A program made the position numbers and the translations under genes. Below the pieces are notes generated by a model that had not been told where the DNA came from, ran no database searches, and saw only the letters and a list, made by a program, of their open reading frames with translations. A stretch of DNA of 64,000 bases from Chiloscyllium plagiosum (Eukaryota). This document shows positions 27,489-38,763 of the stretch, in pieces (the first letter of the stretch is position 1; each line of letters opens with the position of its first letter). The stretch is taken from positions 2,280,007 to 2,344,006 of the forward strand of contig NC_057756.1 in NCBI RefSeq assembly GCF_004010195.1, given 5' to 3'.

Positions 27489-27594
27489 NNNNNNNNNNNN
27501 NNNNNNNNNNNNNNNNNNNNNNNNNNNNNNNNNNNNNNNNNNNNNNNNNNNNNNNNNNNNNNNNNNNNNNNNNNNNNNNNNNNNNNNNNNNNNN
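27489..27594. other. Assembly gap (106 N)
   Basis: Run of n. Confidence 1.
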
Positions 27595-28799
27595 TGCTCC
27601 TCGAGTTCAGGTGCAACCCGTCCTTCATGTACAGGCCCCACCTTCCTCAGAAGGTATCCAAATGGTCTAGGTATCTGAAGCCCTTCCTCCTGCACCAGCC
27701 TGGCAGCCACGTGTTAAGCTGCATGAGCTGACTGTTCCTATCCTCACTATCTCGTGGCACTGGTAACAAACTGAGATCATTGTTCTACTCGTCCTGCTCT
27801 TCAGCTTCCTACTTAACTCTCTGTAGTAACTTCTCAGATTTTCAATCGCTTTCCTGTCTTTCTCATTGATGCCAATATGTACCACGATTTCTGGTTTCTC
27901 TCCCTCCCCCTCCAGAATCCTGTAAACGCGATTGACAACGTCCTGGACCGTGTCACCAGGGAGGCAACATACCTTCTGGGAATCCTATTATTGAACATTA
28001 AGTCTCCTGTCAATCCGTCTAACCATTAAGGGACCTACCACTTGCGTTTTTCTATTCTCCCCCGTCCCTTCTAAGCCACAGTGCCAGGCTCAGTGCCAGA
28101 GAGCAGAAAACCATGGCTTTCCCCGGTAGGCCGTACACACCATCAGTATCCAAAATGTTATACTTATTGTCGAGGGGAACGACCACAGGGGATCCCTGCT
28201 CTGACCGTCGGTTCCCTTTCCTGCTTCTGTCTGTAACTCTGTCTGTCCTTATCCTGTATCTGGGGTGTGCCCACCTCCCTGTACATCCTATCAATTTCTA
28301 CCACGTCCTCCAGGATGATCATAAATTTAACTCTCGATAGAAGAAATGACACTAAGCCATATCCCTATCTGATAGTTATGTGCAATACATAGAACCAATC
28401 AATGTAAAACTTTCCTATTCTAAAACAGAACGTTGGTACTGCAAAAAAAAAAACACGTTTTCTTTTCATACTTCACTCCATAGGGCATTTCTCGATCATA
28501 ACAATCCATGAGATGAAGAAACACAATTTGTGTACGATAACACTCATTTGATTAGCAAGTAGAAATAGTAACCTGGCAATCGGTCGATTTTGAACGTATT
28601 CACTAGCTTGAATTCTTTTCCCATTTGGCATTGACTTTATTACCACTGTATCGTCAAGATATAGCTTCTCTATCCATCGCACTCACCTCCACCCCGGCAC
28701 AAAAAAGAAAACAAGCAGTGATTTTAATGATGCAATGAATTTTCAATGCGTGCAAGCAGAAATAGATGAATAATATGTAATAGTTAGCTTATATATAAC

Positions 28800-31085
28800 T
28801 TCAGTGCACAACATTCCAATGGCAAGTAACAATCGTAAATGGTTGGTCGATGCAATCGTTTGCCATATTTGCATTTAGCCCCCCTTGTTTCCCAATACAC
28901 AGTTACATCAATTGGCAGAAACTCTTTGCAAGCTTTACCAGTGTGGACTTTGTTGTGTAGTATTAGGAAATGAAGCACAAATTGCTGCGAACACCTGAAA
29001 AATAATTAAAAATGATCTATATATTTTGGGGAAACACAGCAGCAATGCCAACATTTGTGTAGAGTGAAAGAAGCAGTTCTGTTCACCCACGATCTCTGTG
29101 CATGTGTTTTGATGATGATAACGTAAGAAGACTCATTCCAGATTTAAACCTTGAGCAGTGTTTCTGTTTACACAACTGTTGCCAGACAAGCTGCCTTTCT
29201 CAATAACTTCATTTTCTTTTATGTGATTGATCAGCAGCATGCTCACTTCCAACTGCCAATTTGACGTACTTTGCGAGTCGAATTGATAATTGCTGTGATC
29301 TTAAAGTCGAAATAACTGGCAATGCATTGAAACTTAAAAGATTTACCACAATGCTCATTTTTTCCCGTCGTCAGAACATGTTTCGATGTCGAATGCACTT
29401 TTCCCGAAATAAGAGCAATGAACCCAACTGTTGAAATACAGTAGCAAAATAACCCGTTTTAACTTTTTACCGAAAGGTGAAAGGACTTCAGCTTTCAATG
29501 ATCATCTGGTATTTATAAACAAAGAGTCAAAGATAAATCATGATATGGCAATTACAAGTATTAACTTCCCTTTTCAACTAATCTGCACATTCGCTTGACA
29601 CAGTACATATTTTGCTTTTGACCAGAAAGTATATATTTGTAATGACATTGACAGATATGAGTGAACAACTTGCATAAAAAGAGATTTATTTCAGTTTAAC
29701 TGAAGGGTAATTACGTCCACAAAAGTTTGTAATGCAACCGATGACAAAGTCAACTTCACACTCGAAGAATTATGAATTGTCACAAAGGAGCAAACTTTAA
29801 CATTTAAAGAACAAATCATTTTCAGAAGTGTGTTGGTCACTTCTAATATCTCTTATTTGCGAGGAAAGTAGTGCATTCTGTACAACTAAGACAAAGTGAG
29901 GACCGCAGATGTTGGAGATCAGAGTCGAGAGCGTGTGCTGCTGAAAAAGCACTGCAGGTCATGCAACATGCAAGGAGCAGGAGAATCGATGCTTGGGGCA
30001 GGAGCCCTTCATCCGGAGCATATGCTGAAAACTTCACTTCTCGTCCTACTCGGATGCCTCATGACTTGCTATGCTTTCTCAGCATCATACACTCTCGCAT
30101 TTTGTACACCTACGATTTTCGAACTTGTATGCAAAACAAAATGGCATGAATGAGCTTTTAAGGCAGGGATTATCCCTCATGAAAACGTGTACATTCGAGG
30201 GCAGTGTTTGTTTGGACCCCTTCATAAGAGTGGACCACAAATTGATAAGTTATAATCATCACGACAGACACAAATTACAAATGTTAATTAAGAAATTAAA
30301 TAATGTTAATAATCAATACATAAACAGAGTTGACTGGCAAAGATGAAACTGAAGAAATAATTCGTCAAAATAATATCAAATAGCAACATTTGCTCATGCA
30401 ACTAATTCATTTAGATCTTGAGTTGTAGTTGGAGTTTTGTTTTGAAATAAACCATACCTTCTCAAAACGTGTCGAACAGAATGCTGAGACATTATTTTTT
30501 ATCTATATTTCAGAGACAAATGTAACGTAATGCGTTGCAGATGTGGCTGCTTTCTTCATGTGACTGAGTTTAAAACAAAACAAAATCGACCACCATAATG
30601 AACATTATAAAAAAGCAATAAAACAATAATTTGCATAACTTTAATAATCTCTAAGTACTTCAAAAATATTAAATTCTCTGACCACTACGCATCAATTGAT
30701 CTAATAAAGCAGCATTCCAAAAACACGTCTTGACAAAGGCAAATTCAGGGAATCCGATTTCCCTGACATGCTTTCTCCTCTGTTGAGGAGATGGAACACT
30801 GTCAAAAGGAATCTGGAATCAGAGTGAGCTGGATGTTGCAGTTTCAACTCAAAAAGATTCTGCATGAATCTGATTGTAACCAGACATGCTTCTATTGTTT
30901 TTTTTTAATTAGTCTTTTTCATACGGCATTCAGCTCACCCTCAGACTTACAACAGCCTTCTGCAAAAAAAAGATAAAAGAACTCCTTCTTGCAGTTACAA
31001 CTGATGCAATGAATCACAAACATTCAAAGCTACATATTATCAATGTATGGCAGTGTTCATTAAATATAAGGGTTTTTAACAAAAT
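28800..31085 (+). pseudogene. Trypsin-like domain relic f
   Basis: IVNG (28832), PIHS..WQ/SLQ, QCG (28939), IAA (28981), YVHKS..VTSNISY (29710-29855), GTLS..NQSELDV (30795-30837), AFSSPSDL, AVFIK (31050). Confidence 0.7.
29891..30100. mobile_element. Decayed palindromic Penelope-derived element
   Basis: Similar to 7261-7390, with a degenerate inverted arm from ~30020. Confidence 0.75.
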
Positions 31086-31729
31086 CTCTGTCTCTGGTTT
31101 TACAGATGAGCCAACGAAGAATACTCTTGTGATGAGACAGAAACCTGCAAAAAATCAACACTGCATTCCACCTCAGTACACGTCTTTTGTCACAAAATAC
31201 TTTTGCCATCCTTCATCAAAGTCGTGAGAACGTGCCACCGTTTCAATTTGTCATTCTGTCACATGTGAAATTTTCAACTTAAACGTTCTTACAAAATAAG
31301 CTTCGTCGAAAGAATCACGTACTTCAATCCTAAAATTCCAAAAACAGTGAATGTTTGTGATCAGAGTATGCAATTTTCTCGGATACATTAGCAGAACCTC
31401 CAAAGATGGAATGTTGCAAACGTCGAATCAAGGGTTTTCAATTCTTTATTACTACAACACAGTTAAAGCGCACAGAAAAGAGGAAATTTACATAAGCTAA
31501 CTCTGTTTGAAAGATCAAGCAAGATAACACATCATTTGGCAAAAATACAAAATACTTCCAAAAATTTATTATTGTTACTTTCTGTGTCTCAGCAACAACC
31601 TACTTAGTGATACGCAATCTCTATTCCTCCAAGGACATTGTGCTCATGGCGTCATTATAACCTAGATCTATACATGGAGAATAAGATGATACCAGTTGTG
31701 AGGCGACAGTGGCAGCTATAACATTCAGG

Positions 31730-32150
31730 CCGTATTTGATTGGGGGGGACATCTCGGAGTCTGGGCAAAACCATAATCAAATTGTGTCTGCGGCAGACTT
31801 TTCGCTGTTTGGAGACAAATCCATCACAAAGGAAGATGGTTAGGACTCTTGATGGTCAGCTACCTCAACTGCAGGGCATCCCTGCTGGAGTTCCACAGGG
31901 CAATGTCGTCAGGCCAACATCTTCAACTGTTTCATAAATGATGTTGTCCTTCATAGAAACGAAAGAGAGGATATTCGCTCATGTTTGCACAATGTTTGGT
32001 TCGAGTTACGAATCCTCAGACGTTGAAACAGTCCATATTCAAATCTAACAATGTTCGAGATACTAACAACTGTTGGGCTCAGAAGTGGCAAATAACATTT
32101 GTGTAACATTCATGCCCCACAGTGACCATCTCCAATAGGGCATACTTTTA
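31730..32150 (+). mobile_element. RT fragment of a second LINE family (same as 56965-58850)
   Basis: QRKMV..LDGQ..IPAGVPQGNV..PT/FNCFIND. Confidence 0.85.
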
Positions 32151-32876
32151 TCAGTGACACTTGTTGGCGCTGGCCATATTGGCACATACTCAGTGTTAAT
32201 TCAGAGCATCAAGGAAATCATCATTCACGATTTAGATCGGCTTCCATTTCACTAACTTTGATTGGCAGTTTATCAATTATTTTTGACATTAGAAATTTGA
32301 CAGGGTGTGAGAGTGATTGCTTGACTGATGCGGCCATCTCTCCAAAACCATTATTTCAAGAAGTCACATTATGTTTTAGCACAATGCTTCAAATTCCATG
32401 TTGATAAATATTAGAATTACAACTCAGTAAAGAAAGAAAATTGGTATTATCATATAATTATGTCGTGAACAAAAAAACCCGATTTACTTTGTAAGAAAAG
32501 AATAGACTTTACTATTGCCCTTCAGAGAAGAAAGCAAGCTTTCTAACTTTAGCGGGTGTTTAATTCAAGATAAAGAACAGTGTAGTTGACTTTTAATTAG
32601 CGCTTTACTGGGCAAAATATATATGTATCACTGGATGAAAAAAATAAATAAACTGAAAAATCAAACACTCTGTACAGAAATTCTGGAAACAGGTATTGTG
32701 TCAGAAAGGAGAATGGGGGACATATATCTGGTTGATCCTGCAAAGTCCTCCTTTCAACTTCCAACGACTAATACCAAAATAACCTGAGCTATCGCACAGA
32801 GTTGGCAGAAAACTGTCCTACACAGTCACACTCACTGAAGCAAACATAACATGTGCCAAAATGCACCATAATAATT

Positions 32877-34042
32877 CAAAGTTTGGGAGAAGATTTGTAG
32901 CTCGGATGCTCATTGTTGTGGTTCTGTTCGCCGAGGTGGGAATTTGTGTTGCAGACATTTCGTCTCCTGTCTAGGTGACATCCTCAGTGCTTGGGAGCCT
33001 CCTGTGAAGCGCTTCTGTGATGTTTCCTCCGGCATTTATAGTGACTTGTACCTACCACTTCCGGTTGTCGTTCACAGCTGTCCGCTTCAGTGGCCGGTAT
33101 ATTGGGTCCAGGTCGATATGCTTGTTGATTGAATCAATGGATGAGTGCCATACGTCTAGGAATTCCCTGGCTGTTCTCTGTGTGGCTTGTCCTATATTAG
33201 TAGTGTTGTCCCGGTCGAACTCATGTTGCTTATCATCTGAGTGTGTGGCTACTAAGGATAGCTGGTCATGTCGCTTCGTGGCTTGTTGGTGTGCATGGAT
33301 GCAGATCGATAGCTGTCTTCATGTTTGTCCTATGTAGTGTTTTGTGCAGGTTTTTGTACACTACATTGGTTTTGCTCATGCTGGGTATCGGGTCCTTCGT
33401 CCTGGTGAGTTGTTGTCTGAGAGTGACTATTGGTTTGTATACTGTGATTAGTCCGAGTGGTCGCGGTAGTCTGGCTGTTAGTTCGGAAAAGTTTTTGATG
33501 TATGGTAGTGTGGCTAGTCCTTTGGGTTGTGGCATGTCCTCATTTTGTTATCTCTCCCTTAGGCATCTGTTGATGAAATTGCAGGGGTATCCGTTTTGGG
33601 CGAATACATTGTATTGGTGTTCTTCTTGATGCAACTTCTTTTGTGTGTGTTGGAGTGGTAGCTTTCGTAGTTTAGGACTCGGTCTCTGTGTATGTGGCTT
33701 TCCTGTATACATTTGTGGCGAATTCTCCGTTCGGTGTTCTCTGTACCATCTCGTGTAGGAATGGGACTTGGTTGTCCTTTTCTTCCTCTCTTCACCACAA
33801 ATTCAACACAGAGGTACACAGGAAAGCCTCACACAAAGACCAAGTCCTAAACTACGAAAGCACGAAAGCTACCACCCCAACACACACAAAAGAAGTTGCA
33901 TCAAGACTCTGTTCAAAAGAGCCACAACACAGCAGTACACCAGAACTGCAAAAAGAGGAAGAAGAACACCTATACAATGTATTCCCCCAAAACGGATACC
34001 CTCGCAATTTCATCAACAGATACCTAAGAGAGAGACAACGGA
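32877..34042 (-). mobile_element. Penelope-like element (RT C-terminus + GIY-YIG) with an inverted duplicated segment
   Basis: Minus-strand ATLPYIKNFSELTARL.RPLG, TNVVYK, AREFLDVWHS; 33800-34042 is an inverted copy of ~33545-33723 (NGYPRNFI). Confidence 0.92.
32951..32990 (-). ncRNA. Minimal hammerhead-ribozyme-like motif (PLE type)
   Basis: Minus strand reads GCA-CUGAGGA-U-GUCACCU-AGAC-AGGAGAC-GAAAUGUC-UGC: stems I and II pair, with one C>U change in the ACGU palindrome. Confidence 0.65.
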
Positions 34043-34337
34043 AAGACAGAAGCACAAAGCAGAAATGAAATCAGAAAAGAGATTAGGTGGATAATGAATT
34101 AACTCTATAAAGTTATATAGTTGTAAAATTGATAACTGAGATGAAAGCTTGTAAATCAATACAAAGGGAGACCAGCAGATATAGTCGATGGAAACAGTGA
34201 AATGCAAGTGCACCGCAGCTTGAGAAGAATAACTAATCAACGGTATGGAAAAGGCGGGCAACAGACATGTAAGCCTTGCTCGATAAAAGTAGATACAGGT
34301 CATGAAACACGACTGGTCATCGCATATAATTTGACAG

Positions 34338-36300
34338 TGAAATTTATATGGCATGATGAAATGAATACACCTAATACACCGGTGAATTACGCTGCACATT
34401 TTAATGTCAATAAGGAGCCATGAGAAATCGGATAGAACCGAGTGACCTAAAGGTAATTTAAAATACATCTGTTGAATGAATTATTGGACTAACTTTTCAG
34501 AATTCTTATAGCTAAAATGAGATGCAAGTTTTCTTTCCAAGCAGTCGGTTTGAAAGTCAATTGTTACCTGAAGTTGATATAGTTGCAAAAGTCGAATATT
34601 TGTTCAGGCATAGCATACGAAACGTACTCAGGAGAATGACTTGTTTGAGACAAACGTTTGTTCTATAACAGTTACTGAAATGGATTAAATCGAAAGAAAT
34701 CAGGTGAAATTGATGCAATCACGAGGCAAAACAGAAAAATGAAAAGCAGACAGAAACAAGGTATCTAATAAGACAAAAAGATCGGAGAAGTAGTTTGTCC
34801 ATCTATCTTTCCTCAACATTGCAAACAGATGTGCAACATATTATTAATTTCAGTCCGAAATGAGAAATAAGAAAAAATAGAGTTTTTTCAGTTTGCTTTT
34901 GGAAAATGGATTTTTATTTGCAATTTATGAGTGAAGATTCTACTTTTCACCATGTTGAGAACTTTATTGTCCATCCAGAATTCGAAAGCTTCTGGCTGGG
35001 AGACGTATGTGGAATGATGGATGTTTGAAGCCTCATGTTTTGCCTAATTACTCCAAAAATTAGTGCACATCGAGCAGAGGTTCACTCAGATGTGGCTTCG
35101 ATGTGGTACACTGTACACTTGCACTTTCATCAGTTTATGTGCTTGCCGATCTCACTTGGATCCTGCATGTGTCAGGACAAAGGAGTTCTCGTTGGCACAT
35201 TGTATGCATGTAAACAGCTCTGATGCCTTCTCAGCAAGGCAAGGGAGAAACGGAACTTCAATGAAATCCAATAGAACTTCACTGCTCATAAATTAATGAT
35301 ACACATTCAACTGCCTGACGAGATGTCGATCTCTAAATTAATATTTAATATTTTCCTTACATGTGCTGTCTTAAATGTTTTTCAAGTCACTTCTTCACTG
35401 AAGTGGAGAACACTTTTTTCCTCCATTTTATTCGCTAAAGTAAGGCAATTACTTTTTTTAAAAACGTGTATTGTCAGTTTGTGCTTGCACTTCAGATGCT
35501 GTTGATCACCCAACTGTCTTGTCAGTACCCGATATGGAGTAACCCCAACCGAATTAAATAAATTCCGTAACAGCCGAGATTACCATGAAGATCCCATAAT
35601 CCCAATCTAGCCATTGGCCTGAGACGTACTCACTTTCATTTAAAGAATCACCATTCTATTGCAGCAGAGCTAAAATATGGTGCTGTGAAACTATATAGCA
35701 AGCTGAACTGAAGCATGAAGGTGTAGCTAAATAAATGATGATTTAACACATTTTATTTTCAAACACTTATTCTAAACGAAAGCCACTCATTGCGGGAATT
35801 AAGCACCAATTCCATTCCATTTCTTATAATTGGTATCCTTATCAATAAGCACGATTCATAGGTCACATATTTAGGAGACAATGAGGATGTAATTCTTCCC
35901 TCAAAAGTTAGTGCATCTGTTTAATTGTCTACCACAGGGTACAATTGAAGCAGTGTTTTATACATCTTATGCTATTATATTAGACCAGGATATCTCACTC
36001 TACCTCAATGAAACGATTCACCTCCGAGAAGCTCCCTGCTGGAGTGGAGCGAAGTTATAGAAATCGCAGGAATATTTTCAATCTCCTCTGACGTCAAGCC
36101 AAAGCGACACACCCCAAACAGTGTCATCGAGCTGCAGGACACAGATGATGCTTGAGTGCTTGCAATTGTAGAAGATGCACACCGGACCATTGTTGACAAC
36201 TTAACAGTCATATGGCAGCTTGGGTCTCGTTCCAAAAATTAAAAGGACGAACATACTCCACCAACACTGTCTAGCATTATGGAGTGAACCCTGGTCGGGA
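34338..36300 (+). pseudogene. Trypsin-like domain relic g (best preserved)
   Basis: ICSG..E*LV (34597-34650), FAFGK, FHHVENFIVHPEF (34945-34983), SDVA (35086), DPACV..EFSL (35159), LREA..EY, AAG..SACN (36155), GPLL (36184), WQL, SIME*. Confidence 0.8.
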
Positions 36301-37159
36301 ATCTCCACAGGAGATCTTCCACAACTGCGTCAACTTCCAATCCCTGGTCTATTTGGAACGTGTGATTATTAGCGAAACATTAGAAGTGAAATGACATGAA
36401 TGCAAAAGTACAAACAGTTGTTTACAGATTCCATTTGTGTGTGAGAGAGAAAGATAGTGACAGAATACAACAAAGAAGAATGAAACAGTGTCAAGATTTT
36501 ACGCATTGAAAGACTTTTTTATTTATCTGTGTCATTTACGTAGAAATTTCTGTGCTTTGAGAAATAGGAATATGGCAACTCGACTGGAACGTCGGCACTG
36601 GAGTAACAGGACACTCAAGAGATAAGAAAAATTGCTGACACTCAGTCATATAATACCCACTATACGTAAGCAACAATATGTGTATGCCAGTTAACAGATG
36701 CCATTTATGGAGATAAATGTTAAGAACTTTTTTTTATAATTTACAAATTTTATAGAAGAAATGCTTGCTCATCCATCTACATGAAGTGCTTCGTAGTTAT
36801 GAGAACATTGTATTCTTGAATATTCTTTAAAAATAGACCAAATAAAAGTTAATGTTTTTTTTCTATGTGAAGGTTAGCAAATTTGCAGTCATCTGTATGG
36901 GATATGATTATTTCTCTTGACTGATTTCTCACCTACCGATCAGGTGTGAAATTTGGATAACCATGCATGTAGAACAGATCAATGATTTCGTCAGATTACC
37001 GACATTGCACGGGCATTCATTTACTGAATACTTCAAATACCATTTGTTTGCATGGAAATCGTCACGACTGCAAAGAAACTCGCTGTGCTAATCGGTAAGA
37101 GTGAGTAGGCAGTATCTACAATCTGCATATACTTGCAAAACACGCATTTGATGCGATTT

Positions 37160-38560
37160 TCTTTTCATTATTATTGTGACATTTCCCTAGATATGCTGCA
37201 AAAGCATTGTTTTGCATAATATAGATGATCATAACTTACATAAGTGCATCATTGTAATTGAACAGAATGCAAAATATCATGTTACAACTACAGACAAAAT
37301 GCAAAAATAAGTCCCCTCTAGTGGATAAGAAGTGCATTTATTTGTCTGATACCTCTCCAAGATGGTAGCAGTGTAGACTTCACGAACCAGGACCATATCT
37401 GCTCACGCAGCTCCTTTTTTCCCATTTCGACTCGAATATTTTCACTATTCTTGTTCTGCTTTCTTGTATACTAATTTCCTGGAAAGAGCTTCGCAACAAA
37501 GATTACATTTATGTTGGAGACAGAGCCCGGTGTGGATATCAGCATGCCCTATTCAAGAGGGTTTAACATGGGCTCGACTGAGCCAGCATGGATGTGAGTG
37601 TGGTCAACGTGGACCAGATTCAGACAAATGTGGGTGCAAGTGGGCACTGCACAGACAGGTCACATAAGATTCTGGTCGGATGGCGACAGAGGGGACAGAG
37701 CACAGGAAACGCAATAGGCATGAATGGCTTTTACATCGGAGGAGGCAACTTCGGTGAGGAAAGCCTTGTGTTAAGAGGTGGTGCTTCACTGTGGTTGAGA
37801 TGGCGATGTAAGCAGAGAAAACAACGTCTGTGTTCTTTCTCGGACTCGGATTCGGAGGTGTTGGGCGTCAGGTGCAACGATGCAGTATATGCAAATTGAT
37901 GTTACAGGAATCGAATGTGATGCAGACACATTTGTAGACTGGGAGCTCATTGTGGAAGTCGCTGAGTCTGATGCCAAGAACAACGCACGAATGGGGGAAG
38001 ATTAGCGTTGATTTTCTTTATATTTAAGTCCTATGTTTTAATTTTATTCCTGTGTATGAATATCTTCTGTCTGTCAGAATGGCGAGAATTATGGCAAAAT
38101 ATTGCACTTTGCAATGTATTAATTTCTTAAATACTTGTTAAAGCAAATAATTTAATGCACAACAATTCAACAACGGGCAGGAAACTGTTATTAAACCTGT
38201 TGATAAGTGTTTTCAAACTTTTATATCTTCTGCTTTATGGAAGAAAGTGAAATAGTGTATATCCGGTGTGAGAAGTGTGGTTGATTACTTTGCCTGCATT
38301 CCTGAGTCAATGAAATAAATAGGCAGAGTCAAGAGAAGGAAGGCAGATTTTTGTGATGGACTTGACTGTTGTCATAACTCTCTGCATTTTCTTCTGGTCT
38401 TGGGCAGAGCAGTTTCCATTTGAAGCTGCGATTCAAATGGCTAATATGTTTCTATGCTCCATCAATAAAAAATGGCAAAAGTCGTTGTGGATAGGTGAAT
38501 TTCCGTGACCGTTTGAGGAAGTAGCGCCATTGTTCAACTTTCTTGAATCATGTATTCCAG
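37160..38560 (-). mobile_element. Old LINE 3' end (Rex-Babar/L2-like), interrupted by a nested element
   Basis: ggaaactgttattaaacctgttgataagtgttttcaaactttta..atcttctg, ggtcttgggcagagcagtttcca, tgtttctatgctccatcaataaaa resemble antisense Rex-type 3' ends; family assignment is from recollection. Confidence 0.55.
37352..38170 (+). mobile_element. Unclassified non-autonomous element nested in a LINE
   Basis: Begins ctctccaagatggtagc, pyrimidine tract, GC-richer core, AT-rich end; host LINE continues on both sides. Confidence 0.45.
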
Positions 38561-38763
38561 TACTTGTGTATAAATCTAATTGCAAATTATAAATTCTAAT
38601 CATGCGTTTCATCCATAGTTTCAGATTGGGAAACAAGGACTTACTTCCTTCACACGCAGTCCACTGCAAGCATATTGATGAAGTCTGTGAGGACAGTGAT
38701 ACATTCATTTAATTTCCCCTGTATTATTGAATAAGGATCAGTCCACTGATTTCAAGCAGTCAG

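Larger units (their letters stand above)
24737..28300 (-). mobile_element. Near-full-length decayed CR1/HER1 LINE (esterase-type ORF1 remnant + APE-RT ORF2)
   Basis: Minus-strand VHIG.N..RELSRKLKSRTSR (ORF1), SQHGFVR..RAVDVVHIDLSQAFD, FADDTK, KCEVMHFG, RGHSFKI..RFFLQRVVNA; (tatgttc)n tail at ~24740. Confidence 0.95.
24400..28690 (+). pseudogene. Two CUB domain relics separated by a CR1 insertion
   Basis: 24400-24720: GAVQ..YSIRAP..LYF..GVCS..IRFRCD. 28340-28690: PYPY..MCNT*..VYDN..IGRF*T..IDFITT.SSRYSFSI. Confidence 0.55.
31104..34268 (+). pseudogene. Three CUB domain relics, two split by TE insertions
   Basis: 31104-31462: SCDE..LHS/PQY..FCH..NVCD..NQGFSILYY. 31595-32290: YTWRI..[LINE]..IQS..RFRSAS. 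32690-34268: ILQSP.F/YQNNLS..[Penelope]..YKGRPADIVDGNSEMQVH, donor gtaagc. Confidence 0.55.
36544..38720 (+). pseudogene. CUB domain relic
   Basis: FC..NSTGT (36550-36590); exon 36944-37094 CEIWITMHV..DFVRL..ICL with cag/gtaaga sites; SIVSD..FLHT.S (~38611-38670). Confidence 0.45.

Noticed and set aside
34385..34402. AAH read as the catalytic His motif
   Set aside because: It lies upstream of the ICSG segment, so its position matches the activation segment instead.
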